DNA of 64,000 nt from contig DATKHC010000008.1 of NCBI GenBank assembly GCA_035510465.1, positions 1,315 to 65,314 of the forward strand, in the 5' to 3' direction. A program made the translations under genes and the position numbers. This stretch comes from Candidatus Saccharimonadales bacterium (GTDB lineage: Bacteria; Patescibacteriota; Saccharimonadia; Saccharimonadales; DATKHC01). This document shows positions 16,239 through 25,364 of this stretch, one piece after another (position 1 is the stretch's first letter; each line of letters opens with the position of its first letter). A model generated the notes under the pieces. The model was given only the letters and a program-made list of their open reading frames with translations, ran no database searches and had not been told where the DNA came from.

Positions 16239-17095
16239 TTAGTAAACATTCGCTAGTGGAGTTGGAGCTAAAAGCTAATTCCATAAGGGAAAATATTATT
16301 CGAATGCTTACTGAAGCTGGGAGTGGCCATAGTGCGGGGCCACTTGGAATGGCGGATGTTTTCACGGCGCTATATTTTGAGGTCTTAAATCACAGACCAA
16401 GTGACCCTGATTGGTCCGGTCGAGATATTCTGCTTCTAAGTAATGGACATATTGTGCCAGTACGCTATGCCACAATGGCTGAGGCCGGATACTTTGATAA
16501 AGATGAGTTAATGACCCTCCGGAAACTGGGTACGAGGCTACAGGGCCACCCAGAGAGATTGAGACTACCAGGTCTCGAATCAACTTCTGGACCACTTGGT
16601 TCGGGGCTCAGCCAAGCTTGTGGTGTGGCATTAGCACTTAGGATGGATGGTGTTAAAAATCGTTTTGTATATGTGTGCATGGGTGATGGTGAGCTAGACG
16701 AAGGTAATGTCTGGGAGGCTGCTATGCTGGCAGGTAAGTACAAGTTAGCTAATCTTATTGCTATTGTCGACCGAAATAATATTCAGATTGATGGGCCAAC
16801 CGAGCAGGTGATGCCACTTGAAGATTTACACGCTAAATTTGAAGCATTTGGTTGGCACGTTAAAGAGATAGACGGGAACAACATAGAAGAAGTTATCGAT
16901 GCTTGTAACTATGCTAAAACGATTGAAGATAAACCCGTGGTTATCCTTGCTCACACCGTTCCCGGTAAAGGCATTGATTTCATGGAGTACGATTTTCACT
17001 GGCACGGCTCTCCGCCAGATCGTGAGCAAGCTAAAGTTGCCTTGAAGGAGCTTAGAACTCTAGGGGGCAAGATTAAGAGCGAAGCCGATGATTGA
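16235..17095 (+). CDS. transketolase, N-terminal (TPP-binding) subunit
   Basis: GHSAGPLGMAD, GDGELDEGNVWEA and DRNNIQIDG motifs. This is the split tkt arrangement. Confidence 0.9.
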   Translation: MISKHSLVELELKANSIRENIIRMLTEAGSGHSAGPLGMADVFTALYFEVLNHRPSDPDWSGRDILLLSNGHIVPVRYATMAEAGYFDKDELMTLRKLGTRLQGHPERLRLPGLESTSGPLGSGLSQACGVALALRMDGVKNRFVYVCMGDGELDEGNVWEAAMLAGKYKLANLIAIVDRNNIQIDGPTEQVMPLEDLHAKFEAFGWHVKEIDGNNIEEVIDACNYAKTIEDKPVVILAHTVPGKGIDFMEYDFHWHGSPPDREQAKVALKELRTLGGKIKSEADD

Positions 17096-18068
17096 TCTAC
17101 ATCTAGCAGCCAACCCAAGTAAAAAAGAACCGGAAGCTATCAGAAAGGGTTTTGGTAGAGGCTTAGTTACTGCTGGGAAGTCCCTCGATAACGTCGTGGC
17201 AGCTTGTGCTGATTTGACGGATTCAACGGCTATGAACTTATTTAAAGAAGCCTTTCCTGATCGATTTATTGAAATTGGCGTGGCGGAGCAGAATTTAGTA
17301 ACGGTTGGTTCTGGGCTTGCGGCAATGGGTAAGATCCCGTTCGTCAGTAGCTACGCAGCCTTTAGCCCGGGTCGTAACTGGGAGCAAATTAGAACTACGA
17401 TTAGCTTAAACGATCGTCCAGTAAAAATTATTGGATCACATGCCGGCGTAAGTGTTGGCCCTGACGGAGCAACTCACCAAATGCTAGAGGACATAGCCCT
17501 AATGAGGGCTTTGCCGAATATGGTGGTAATTGCGCCGTGTGATTCATTAGAAGCTGAGAGGGCAACTATTGCCATGGCTCACAATAAAAAGCCCAATTAT
17601 ATGAGACTGGCTCGTGAAGCCACCCCTATTATAACTACCAAAGATACGCCTTTTGAAATAGGCAAAAGCTACGTTTTTCGAGAGGGCGATGACATCACCA
17701 TTATTGCGACAGGGACTATGACTTATCAGGCATTAGTGGCAGCCGAAATTCTAGCAAAACGTAATATTAGCGCTGAGGTAATAAACGTGCCAACTATTAA
17801 ACCTCTCGACAACGAGACAATTCTTTTAAGTGCTGCCAAAACCAAGTTAGTTATAACCGTTGAAGAGGCTCAAATCATTGGTGGGCTTGGTGGTGCGGTT
17901 GCTGAGCTACTAGGCGAAGAACTACCAACTAAAATGTATCGAATAGGTATGAGAGATCGATTTGGTGAATCAGGTAAACCGGAAGAGTTGATAGTCCACT
18001 TTGGCCTAGACGGTAAACGGATAGCAGAGGCAGCTACCATCTTACATGCTGGCAAGAAGGTTCATTAA
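17088..18068 (+). CDS. transketolase, C-terminal (pyrimidine-binding) subunit
   Basis: FIEIGVAEQNLV and GATHQMLEDIALMRALPNM motifs. Overlaps the N-terminal subunit gene by 8 nt. Confidence 0.9.
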   Translation: MIDLHLAANPSKKEPEAIRKGFGRGLVTAGKSLDNVVAACADLTDSTAMNLFKEAFPDRFIEIGVAEQNLVTVGSGLAAMGKIPFVSSYAAFSPGRNWEQIRTTISLNDRPVKIIGSHAGVSVGPDGATHQMLEDIALMRALPNMVVIAPCDSLEAERATIAMAHNKKPNYMRLAREATPIITTKDTPFEIGKSYVFREGDDITIIATGTMTYQALVAAEILAKRNISAEVINVPTIKPLDNETILLSAAKTKLVITVEEAQIIGGLGGAVAELLGEELPTKMYRIGMRDRFGESGKPEELIVHFGLDGKRIAEAATILHAGKKVH

Positions 18069-18120
18069 CCTCTTCTTCTGGGCTATTTATGCTTAAGCTT
18101 ATATAATCTCTATTAAAACT

Positions 18121-19032
18121 ATGTCACTATCACTCAAACAAATTAGATACAATTGCCAAAAAGCCAGGTCAGCAATGCAGCGGGCTAGGGAGCAGCATTT
18201 TGCTTTTGGAGCTTTCAACGTTGACGATCAAGATACGATGAAAGCAGTTGCTCGTGCTGCTAAGGCTAAACAGGCGCCCGTGTTAGTTGAGGTCAGCCAG
18301 GGTGAAGTTGACAGTATTGGACTAGACAATATTAGAGACATGGTTGATGACTACAGGATTGAGTATGGGATTGAAGTTTATATAAATCTCGATCACTCGC
18401 CGTCGGTCGAAGCTGCCAAAGCCGGAATCGATGCTGGTTTCGAATTTATACACATCGATATAAGTCAATCTAACCACGAAGCCACAGAAGACGAAATTAT
18501 TGCCAGAACAAAAGAAATAGTCGAATATGCTAAATTTACTGGTTCGCTAGTTGAGAGCGAGCCACACTACTTTGGCGGTAGTTCCAATCTACACTCAGAG
18601 GACATTAACTACGAGGAGATTAAAAAAACCTTTACTACACCGGAAGGCGCCGCTCATTTTGTGACTAGTACAGGTGTAGACACGTTTGCCGCTGCCATAG
18701 GTAATCTACATGGCAAATACCCAGTACCAAAAGTTCTTGATCTAGATTTACTAAAACGGATCCGTGAGGCGATTGCCTGCAACATATCATTACACGGTGG
18801 CAGTGGTACTCCTGGACACTATTTCACCGGAGCTGTTGAAATAGGTGTCACTAAAATTAATATCAACACTGATATGCGGGTGGCTTACCGGCAAACACTA
18901 GAACAAGCACTCCGGGATAATCCGGAGGAATACGCGGTCGTTAAGTTAATGGATAAGGTTATTGAAGCAGTTCAAGTCGTGGTTGAATCAAAAATAGATA
19001 TGTTTAATTCGGCTGGTAAAGCTCAACCATGA
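18121..19032 (+). CDS. fba: class II fructose-bisphosphate aldolase
   Basis: FNV..., LDHS, HGGSG and INTD motifs of the class II FBA/tagatose-bisphosphate aldolase family. Confidence 0.85.
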   Translation: MSLSLKQIRYNCQKARSAMQRAREQHFAFGAFNVDDQDTMKAVARAAKAKQAPVLVEVSQGEVDSIGLDNIRDMVDDYRIEYGIEVYINLDHSPSVEAAKAGIDAGFEFIHIDISQSNHEATEDEIIARTKEIVEYAKFTGSLVESEPHYFGGSSNLHSEDINYEEIKKTFTTPEGAAHFVTSTGVDTFAAAIGNLHGKYPVPKVLDLDLLKRIREAIACNISLHGGSGTPGHYFTGAVEIGVTKININTDMRVAYRQTLEQALRDNPEEYAVVKLMDKVIEAVQVVVESKIDMFNSAGKAQP

Positions 19033-19070
19033 TGTTAAAATGCTAAAGTTAAGGCTCTGGTAACAATTAA

Positions 19071-20087
19071 ATGGATGGCGGGAACAATTATAAGTTTGAC
19101 GTAGTAAGTGTGGGAGACGTGGTAACTGACGCCTTCATTAAGCTCTTTGACGATAAGGCCTACACTTACCAGAACAATTCCGGACAGTGGTTGTCGGTTC
19201 CGTTCGGCACTAAAGTTCCCTTCGAAAGCGTCGAGGTAATTGAAGGGGTTGGTAATGCATCAAACGCTGCAGTATGTCTGGCAAGACTCGGAGTAAAAAC
19301 CTCTTTTGTGTCGAACGTGGGTGGTGACCGTGAAGGTACTGAGATAATCCAGGCGCTCCACAACAATCAGGTCGATACTCGTTTTGTGGCCATTAATCCG
19401 GATAAGAAAACAAACTATCATTATGTTCTGCGCTATAAGGTGGAACGAACGATTCTGATAAAGCATGAAGATTACGATTATCACTGGCCCCATCTCCGGC
19501 CAAATGAAATGCCCCGGTGGATGTACTTCAGCTCTGTTAGCGAGCATGCGCTAGGTGAATTCCATGATCAAGTTGCGAGTTGGCTAGAGGAACACATGGA
19601 TGTCAAGCTAGCTTTTCAGCCAGGCACATTCCAGATGGACGCGGGAGTAGAGAAAATGAGCCGAATTTATAAACGAACGGAAGTTCTTATCCTAAACCGT
19701 GAAGAGGCGGCCCTAGTATCGGGTGGTAATCATGATGACCTCGGAGATCTTTTTAATAGACTTCATGCAATAGGGCCAAGAATAGTCGTAATAACTGATG
19801 GGCCTAACGGCGCATACGCCTGTGACGGTAACCAACGCTTTAAAATGCCACTGTATCCAGACCCCGGCCCTCCTGTAGAGCGAACTGGGGCGGGAGATGC
19901 TTTCGCGGCGACATTTGTTGCGGCGCTTATAAAAGGCAATACGATTGAAGGAGCTCTTCAGTGGGCACCGATTAATTCTATGAATGTAGTCCAACATGTA
20001 GGTGCGCAAGCAGGTCTTCTTAACGAACTTGATCTAGAGCAGCTACTACAAAAAGCACCGCAGTGGTACCATGCCAGCCCGCTTTAA
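19071..20087 (+). CDS. PfkB/ribokinase-family carbohydrate kinase
   Basis: C-terminal ERTGAGDAFAATF signature and the DVVTD/GG region. The sugar specificity is not readable. Confidence 0.8.
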   Translation: MDGGNNYKFDVVSVGDVVTDAFIKLFDDKAYTYQNNSGQWLSVPFGTKVPFESVEVIEGVGNASNAAVCLARLGVKTSFVSNVGGDREGTEIIQALHNNQVDTRFVAINPDKKTNYHYVLRYKVERTILIKHEDYDYHWPHLRPNEMPRWMYFSSVSEHALGEFHDQVASWLEEHMDVKLAFQPGTFQMDAGVEKMSRIYKRTEVLILNREEAALVSGGNHDDLGDLFNRLHAIGPRIVVITDGPNGAYACDGNQRFKMPLYPDPGPPVERTGAGDAFAATFVAALIKGNTIEGALQWAPINSMNVVQHVGAQAGLLNELDLEQLLQKAPQWYHASPL

Positions 20088-20115
20088 GCATGACCTTGAA
20101 TATCGTAATTATCCC

Positions 20116-20144
20116 TTGACGCCACGTAGTATCTGTAATACACT
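20116..20144 (+). promoter_or_regulatory. promoter TTGACG-17-TACACT, 6 nt before the transposase ATG (possible leaderless)
   Basis: Hexamers at 20116-20121 and 20139-20144, then attagt, then ATG 20151. No SD. Confidence 0.4.
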
Positions 20145-20150
20145 ATTAGT

Positions 20151-21014
20151 ATGAGGGTTCCTCGCTATACCATAGACAATCTACACAAAGAATTCCCTAA
20201 TGATGATGCTTGCTTGGACTATATCTTTCAAAGTAGATATGGACATTTAGAGTACTGTCCTAACTGTGGAGTATTTACTAAGTTCTATAGAATTAAGACC
20301 CGTAAATACTACAAATGTCCTCATTGTGCGTTTGAATTATATCCACTAGCTAATACTATCTTCCATAAGTCAGATACACCACTTACTAAGTGGTTTCATG
20401 CTATTTACCTATTTAGTGTAGGTAAGAATGGGGTCAGTGCTAAAGAGATCGAGAGACACTTAGGAGTTACATATAAGTGCGCTTGGCGTATATGCAAGCA
20501 AATACGACTTATGATGCAGGAGAACGGTGGAATGCTAACAGGCATTATTGAGGCTGATGAGACATATATAGGCGGCAAACGAAAGCGTGAACATTGGCCT
20601 AGTGAAAAATCAGTAGTGGTTGGCATTGTCGAAAAACAAAAAGATACTGGGCAAGTTAAAGCCTTTGCTACTAAACAAGCTAATGCCACAAACACTCTGC
20701 CATTTATTAAAAGTAGCGTAGAACCTGGCTCAACTTTACATACTGACGATAGTCGCATCTACAGTAGGGTTAAACGAGACTTTACTCACGAGTTTGTTAA
20801 TCACTCTAAATATGAATACGTTAAGGCCGGAGTTCATACTAATACTATTGAAGGTTTTTGGGGACAGCTTAAGAGGTCTTTGGACGGGACTTACCACTCC
20901 GTTTCACCGAAGTATTTACAGCTTTACGTGAATGAGTTTGTGTATCGCTATAATCATCGGCACGTCGCCGCTTTCCCTGCTTTGATGGAAGTGGTTGCGA
21001 GGCGAGTTCAATAA
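20151..21014 (+). CDS. IS1595-family (ISXO2-like) DDE transposase, solitary
   Basis: N-terminal Zn-ribbon (CPNCG...CPHC), IEADETYIGG, HTDD and NTIEGFW landmarks. I could not find terminal inverted repeats in the flanks. Confidence 0.85.
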   Translation: MRVPRYTIDNLHKEFPNDDACLDYIFQSRYGHLEYCPNCGVFTKFYRIKTRKYYKCPHCAFELYPLANTIFHKSDTPLTKWFHAIYLFSVGKNGVSAKEIERHLGVTYKCAWRICKQIRLMMQENGGMLTGIIEADETYIGGKRKREHWPSEKSVVVGIVEKQKDTGQVKAFATKQANATNTLPFIKSSVEPGSTLHTDDSRIYSRVKRDFTHEFVNHSKYEYVKAGVHTNTIEGFWGQLKRSLDGTYHSVSPKYLQLYVNEFVYRYNHRHVAAFPALMEVVARRVQ

Positions 21015-21053
21015 GTTTGTGGAATTTATCTTTGCCCATTTGTGTAGTATATA

Positions 21054-21293
21054 ATGAGCCTTATGGATGATGCTACTACAACGGATACTAGTTCTAACGA
21101 CGAATATACTCTGAACTTCAAGAACGGGGCTCTTGCTAAATTAAAACAAGTAGCAAATAAGCTGGATATTCCAGAGTCAGATCTTGATAAAGTAGTTGAA
21201 AAAGGCCTGAAAGCTTTGGAATTACCTGATGATGGAAAGTTATTATTTAAAAAGAGTGGGACAACGTACGTTATAGATATTAAGAACCTTTGA
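21054..21293 (+). CDS. hypothetical small protein (alternative leaderless start at ATG 21063)
   Basis: 79-aa ORF. TATAAT at 21050-21055 overlaps ATG 21054 and sits 7 nt before ATG 21063. No motif recognised. Confidence 0.4.
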   Translation: MSLMDDATTTDTSSNDEYTLNFKNGALAKLKQVANKLDIPESDLDKVVEKGLKALELPDDGKLLFKKSGTTYVIDIKNL

Positions 21294-21294
21294 G

Positions 21295-21552
21295 ATGGCT
21301 AAAAAGACTAAAACCATTGAAAACCTGAGTCAAATAGACCAATCTCAAATAAAGCGTGCGGAAAAACAAGAGGGTACAAGAAGTTTTATAGCAAACGTTT
21401 TTGTTTGTAGCTACTTAGGTATTTTAGTTTTACTCATACTGCTTTCTACGTTTAAGAAGTTGCCTACAGATAGTGCAAAAGACTATTTACTAGCTATCGG
21501 CAGTCCTCTAGGTTTTATTATCGGGTTTTACTTCAAATCGGGGCACGATTAA
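21295..21552 (+). CDS. hypothetical small membrane protein
   Basis: 85 aa with two hydrophobic spans. The start lies 1 nt after the previous stop. Confidence 0.45.
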   Translation: MAKKTKTIENLSQIDQSQIKRAEKQEGTRSFIANVFVCSYLGILVLLILLSTFKKLPTDSAKDYLLAIGSPLGFIIGFYFKSGHD

Positions 21553-21677
21553 AAACGGAAGTTATGCCTCGTGGTGGTTTAGTGTTTGTATCCAACACTC
21601 TTAAACGTTGCGTACTTAATTCTAAGCCACATATTTGTTTGAGGTTACATATAGAAAGCTAGGTAACAAACTGGGGT

Positions 21678-22232
21678 CTAACAACTAGGCAAATTGCCGG
21701 CTTGAGGGTTAGCGCTTAATGGATTAACCTCATCAGAACCACCCTGAAAGTTTAGGTAGTTGTTAACTTTAGGGTTAAGTGTCATTTGCAAGACAGCTGA
21801 TTTATTATTTGTCCAATGACCACTGGTAACGCCACTAGTTTCTCTTGGTTGACCGTTGGCAGGTATTCTATTTACTGGCCACTGCCAACTATCTGCCGTA
21901 GCGGCGTAGTAATTACCTGCGTCTGTAATAGAGTTGACGTTAGACATTACGACCTTGGTCTTTTCAGTCCAAGAACTAGAACTTACTTTATCGATACAGG
22001 CATAAAAAGACATAGTAATTTTATTTGGCGGAGGACCACCCATTTGTTTGGCCGATAATGTCCCTATAAGCTTATAGTTCGGGGCATTACTTGCTGTTGT
22101 CGTTACGCTTGAAGGTGTTGCTGCATGTGTTTGCGTCATTACGTATGTTCCTACAGCTGCAATAGCTAGCACAGCTACAGCTGCCACTAAATAGTGGGTA
22201 ACACCCTTTTGATCTAACTTAATGAGTTTCAT
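21678..22232 (-). CDS. secreted hypothetical protein
   Basis: Signal-anchor (YLVAAVAVLAIAAVGTYVM) followed by a T/S/N-rich domain. No motif recognised. Confidence 0.55.
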   Translation of the reverse strand: MKLIKLDQKGVTHYLVAAVAVLAIAAVGTYVMTQTHAATPSSVTTTASNAPNYKLIGTLSAKQMGGPPPNKITMSFYACIDKVSSSSWTEKTKVVMSNVNSITDAGNYYAATADSWQWPVNRIPANGQPRETSGVTSGHWTNNKSAVLQMTLNPKVNNYLNFQGGSDEVNPLSANPQAGNLPSC

Positions 22233-22642
22233 ATTTTTATATAATCCTTTTTGATGTTTTAAAGAATAACTACAGTTTATGAAGATATAACGCTTAAGTC
22301 AACAAGAATAAGCTAATTAATAATCGACCTAGATTCTCTATATGTAATATATATAAGATAGTAACAATTAAAACCACAAATTACAGATAAAAACTTATAT
22401 AAAAATAGAGAATGCGCATTCCATATTCATAAGTTAATAATCTGCGGAAATATTCCCAAGCTTAGGGTTATTTAAATTCTCATATACGTATGTATATAAA
22501 GAGGGAGAATAATTTAGGTAATTTATATCTGTTAAGTATGTCAACTTTATAGAACATCGAGGTTCTATGTTTTGTAATACTAACCCCAGCAATCCTTTAC
22601 GTGGCATAAAGGTATACTCTCGTTGAATATTAACTTGTATTC

Positions 22643-22670
22643 TTGAAATGAATATGCTATAGTTTATAAT
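22643..22670 (+). promoter_or_regulatory. promoter TTGAAA-16-TATAAT for the DEAD-box helicase gene
   Basis: Hexamers at 22643-22648 and 22665-22670. Implies a ~90-nt leader containing the CTCGAT...ATCGAG hairpin. Confidence 0.5.
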
Positions 22671-22766
22671 AATTGTTTTAATGAATCCGGGCTAGTAGCG
22701 ATTTTACTCGATGTTCATTGCAGACAATCGAGATATTAATTGCTAACTAACAAGGATTTATTTTTT

Positions 22767-23960
22767 ATGCCTTATTCACAATACAAACCAAGAAATAACT
22801 ATAATTCGTCAAGACGACCAAATCGTCCCCGCAGCGGCGGACGTATGCCTAAGAAACAGTACATTGACCCAGCTCGCTTCATTCAGAAGGCTACACAAGA
22901 AACGGACGCTAAATACGTTCCAACTCACAAATTTTCTGACTTTGACATCAACCCGGTTATACAAAATAACCTCAAGGCTATGGGCTTTGACGAGCCATCA
23001 CCCATCCAGGATCAAACGATCCCGGCTGGACTACTCGGCAAGGACATAGTAGGGATAGCTAACACCGGAACGGGTAAAACAGCAGCTTTTGCGGTTCCGC
23101 TTCTTAATAGATTAATTGCTGATAGATCCGTAAATGCCTTGATTATGGCGCCAACTCGTGAACTAGCTCAACAAATTGAAGAGCAGTGCAGGATGATTGC
23201 TAAAAATAGTGGACTTCACGGAGCCCTACTTATCGGTGGTGTCGCTATGGGTCCACAACTAAAAGACTTAAGAGACAACCCAAGAATAATTATCGGTACC
23301 CCAGGTAGAATTAAAGATCATTCCGACCGAGGCTCACTTAACCTAGGTCGATGCAATATCATCGTTCTTGATGAGGTCGACCGAATGCTTGATATGGGTT
23401 TCGTAGACGATATCCGTAATATTCTAAGCAAAACTAACCCGACCCGTCAGTTCTTCTATTTCTCAGCTACATTAGACGAAAGAGTCAGAGCTATCATAAA
23501 TGGTTTTTCAAACGATCCTGTTCATATCACGATCAAAGGCGCCGTAACCAGTGAGAGTGTTGAGCAGAATATTGTTACTTACAACTCTACCAACGAAAAA
23601 ATCGATAAACTGCACGAATTACTTATTCAGGACCACGTAGCGAAGACACTAGTTTTTGACGATACCCATAGAAGTGTCGAAAGACTGGCCAAAGAATTAG
23701 GTGCCCGTGGTTTTGCTACTGACGCTATTCACGGTGGTAAGTCACAATCTCAGCGCCAACGAGCGCTCAAGAAATTTCGAGATAATCAGGTCAATGTTTT
23801 AGTAGCTACTGATGTAGCTGCAAGAGGTATAGATGTGGTCGATATAACTCACGTTATCAACTACTCACTGCCTCAATCTTACGGAGACTATATTCACCGT
23901 ATCGGACGAGCAGGTAGAGCAGGACGACCAGGTCACGCCTTAACGTTTGTTGAAAAGTAG
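22767..23960 (+). CDS. DEAD-box ATP-dependent RNA helicase (motif II reads DEVD)
   Basis: PSPIQ Q-motif, ANTGTGKT, DEVD, SAT and HRIGRAGRAG. ATG 22767 is preferred over the TTG at 22740 used by the track. Confidence 0.9.
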   Translation: MPYSQYKPRNNYNSSRRPNRPRSGGRMPKKQYIDPARFIQKATQETDAKYVPTHKFSDFDINPVIQNNLKAMGFDEPSPIQDQTIPAGLLGKDIVGIANTGTGKTAAFAVPLLNRLIADRSVNALIMAPTRELAQQIEEQCRMIAKNSGLHGALLIGGVAMGPQLKDLRDNPRIIIGTPGRIKDHSDRGSLNLGRCNIIVLDEVDRMLDMGFVDDIRNILSKTNPTRQFFYFSATLDERVRAIINGFSNDPVHITIKGAVTSESVEQNIVTYNSTNEKIDKLHELLIQDHVAKTLVFDDTHRSVERLAKELGARGFATDAIHGGKSQSQRQRALKKFRDNQVNVLVATDVAARGIDVVDITHVINYSLPQSYGDYIHRIGRAGRAGRPGHALTFVEK

Positions 23961-24107
23961 TTTTTTGCACTAAGTCGGACAAAGTAAAACCTGCCTTAGA
24001 ATCTTTGTTATAAATCATTAACTTATTCTAAAAACGCATAATACACAGGTGGCCAAGAAATCCTTAGTCGATAATAGTGGCATAATTTGCTATGCTTACG
24101 CTTAGAT

Positions 24108-25364
24108 ATGTCTCGCTTTATCTCGACGCTGGTGTCGGGTGAAAAAAAACTAACAAAATCAATAATTGAGCGGCTTGAGCTTGCCAGCGGTGAGCCCAAT
24201 GTCGATATTCAATTAACGTCCGAGCTGATTACCAAGTCTAAAACCAAGATCTCTGAGCTGGGGCTTGATCCTGCTAATACTACCCAGGAAGAGTTGTATC
24301 AGGGTCTTTTAAGTCTAGCCCAGCTACACGACAAATTCTTATATCATTACCTTGACGCCTCGGATTCGGCAGATATACCAGAACTGTTGAATCGTATTAA
24401 AGGTACGGCTGCTCGCTTGTACAGTAGAAAAACAGTATGGACGCTTAGGGACTCTGTTGTCAGGAAGCTCCTTGGCACAATGCCGCCCAAGCAACTGGCT
24501 AGTTACCTTAAATATCGATCTATAGCTTCCATGCTGAAGCGTGAATCGGTTGAAGAATTATTCACTGGCATTATCCTGGTTGAATCGTCTAAATACCAAG
24601 AAAAGCTTCTCCAAAAATATAAGAAATTAAAACCTTCTGACTTTGAAGTTCAGAAAATCTCAGTTCAATATCTCAATAATAAGCGTTGGGCAGAAGCCGC
24701 TGGAAAATACGCGGATCAATACCGACAAAATGTGATTGAACTTAGAGAACTAGGTACTGTAGTCATTCTTCCGTTACCGCTTAATTCGACAAAGGGCGTA
24801 TCGTTTGCTATTTTACCGCTTGTACTACATAGCCTGAACGAAATTCGTCTATATAGTAGTCTGTTCAAGTATCAACAGGTGCAGCCCGATTTTGGTGAAC
24901 GAATAACAGAAATTCTACTTAATGATTCGCTAACTCATGCTACCGTTGCCGGCCAACCGATTCACTGGAAACTAATTCGTGAACATTTCATCAAACAGAC
25001 GCCTGAAAAATTATCAGAAGTATTAGGCCCACATCTTCAAGCCGAAGATCTTGACCTGGAATCCATTGAAGAAAGCTTGTTTAAAATGGAACCGGCTCTT
25101 CATTTTTGGCACCAAACCGATTGTCTCGGCATGCCGGGTGACGATCAAACGGTATCCTTAAACCTTATTGATGTAGCCGTCAACAATCTAAATGGGCTTC
25201 AACTTGAAAGTTCAACATCCGAATATTTAAAGCAGGCCCTATGGTATAGATTGCTTGATCGATACTTAGAACAAAAACCGCTTCAGGAGGATTTGGATGC
25301 TCAACTGGGGTTGGCCAGCGAAGAATCTGCTGATTCACCTGCCGAAAAAGAGGTTTTTGCTTAA
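24108..25364 (+). CDS. hypothetical protein (418 aa from ATG 24108)
   Basis: Long clean ORF with no nucleotide-binding or catalytic motif recognised. Its stop abuts the next start (TAAATG). Confidence 0.6.
   Translation: MSRFISTLVSGEKKLTKSIIERLELASGEPNVDIQLTSELITKSKTKISELGLDPANTTQEELYQGLLSLAQLHDKFLYHYLDASDSADIPELLNRIKGTAARLYSRKTVWTLRDSVVRKLLGTMPPKQLASYLKYRSIASMLKRESVEELFTGIILVESSKYQEKLLQKYKKLKPSDFEVQKISVQYLNNKRWAEAAGKYADQYRQNVIELRELGTVVILPLPLNSTKGVSFAILPLVLHSLNEIRLYSSLFKYQQVQPDFGERITEILLNDSLTHATVAGQPIHWKLIREHFIKQTPEKLSEVLGPHLQAEDLDLESIEESLFKMEPALHFWHQTDCLGMPGDDQTVSLNLIDVAVNNLNGLQLESSTSEYLKQALWYRLLDRYLEQKPLQEDLDAQLGLASEESADSPAEKEVFA

Noticed and set aside
20126-21055. Similarity between the regions upstream of the transposase and of ORF 21054 (shared GTAGTAT..TAAT), considered as possible IS ends or target duplication.
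   Set aside because: The shared string is only ~7+4 nt in direct orientation and fits generic -10-type promoter sequence, so it is not evidence for IS termini.
22325-22365. dif-like resemblance (CCTAGA ... ATATGTAAT) to the Xer recombination site consensus, inside the AT-rich spacer.
   Set aside because: Only ~7/11 matches per arm, with ambiguous spacer length (5 vs 6 nt). Matches of this quality are expected by chance in such AT-rich DNA.
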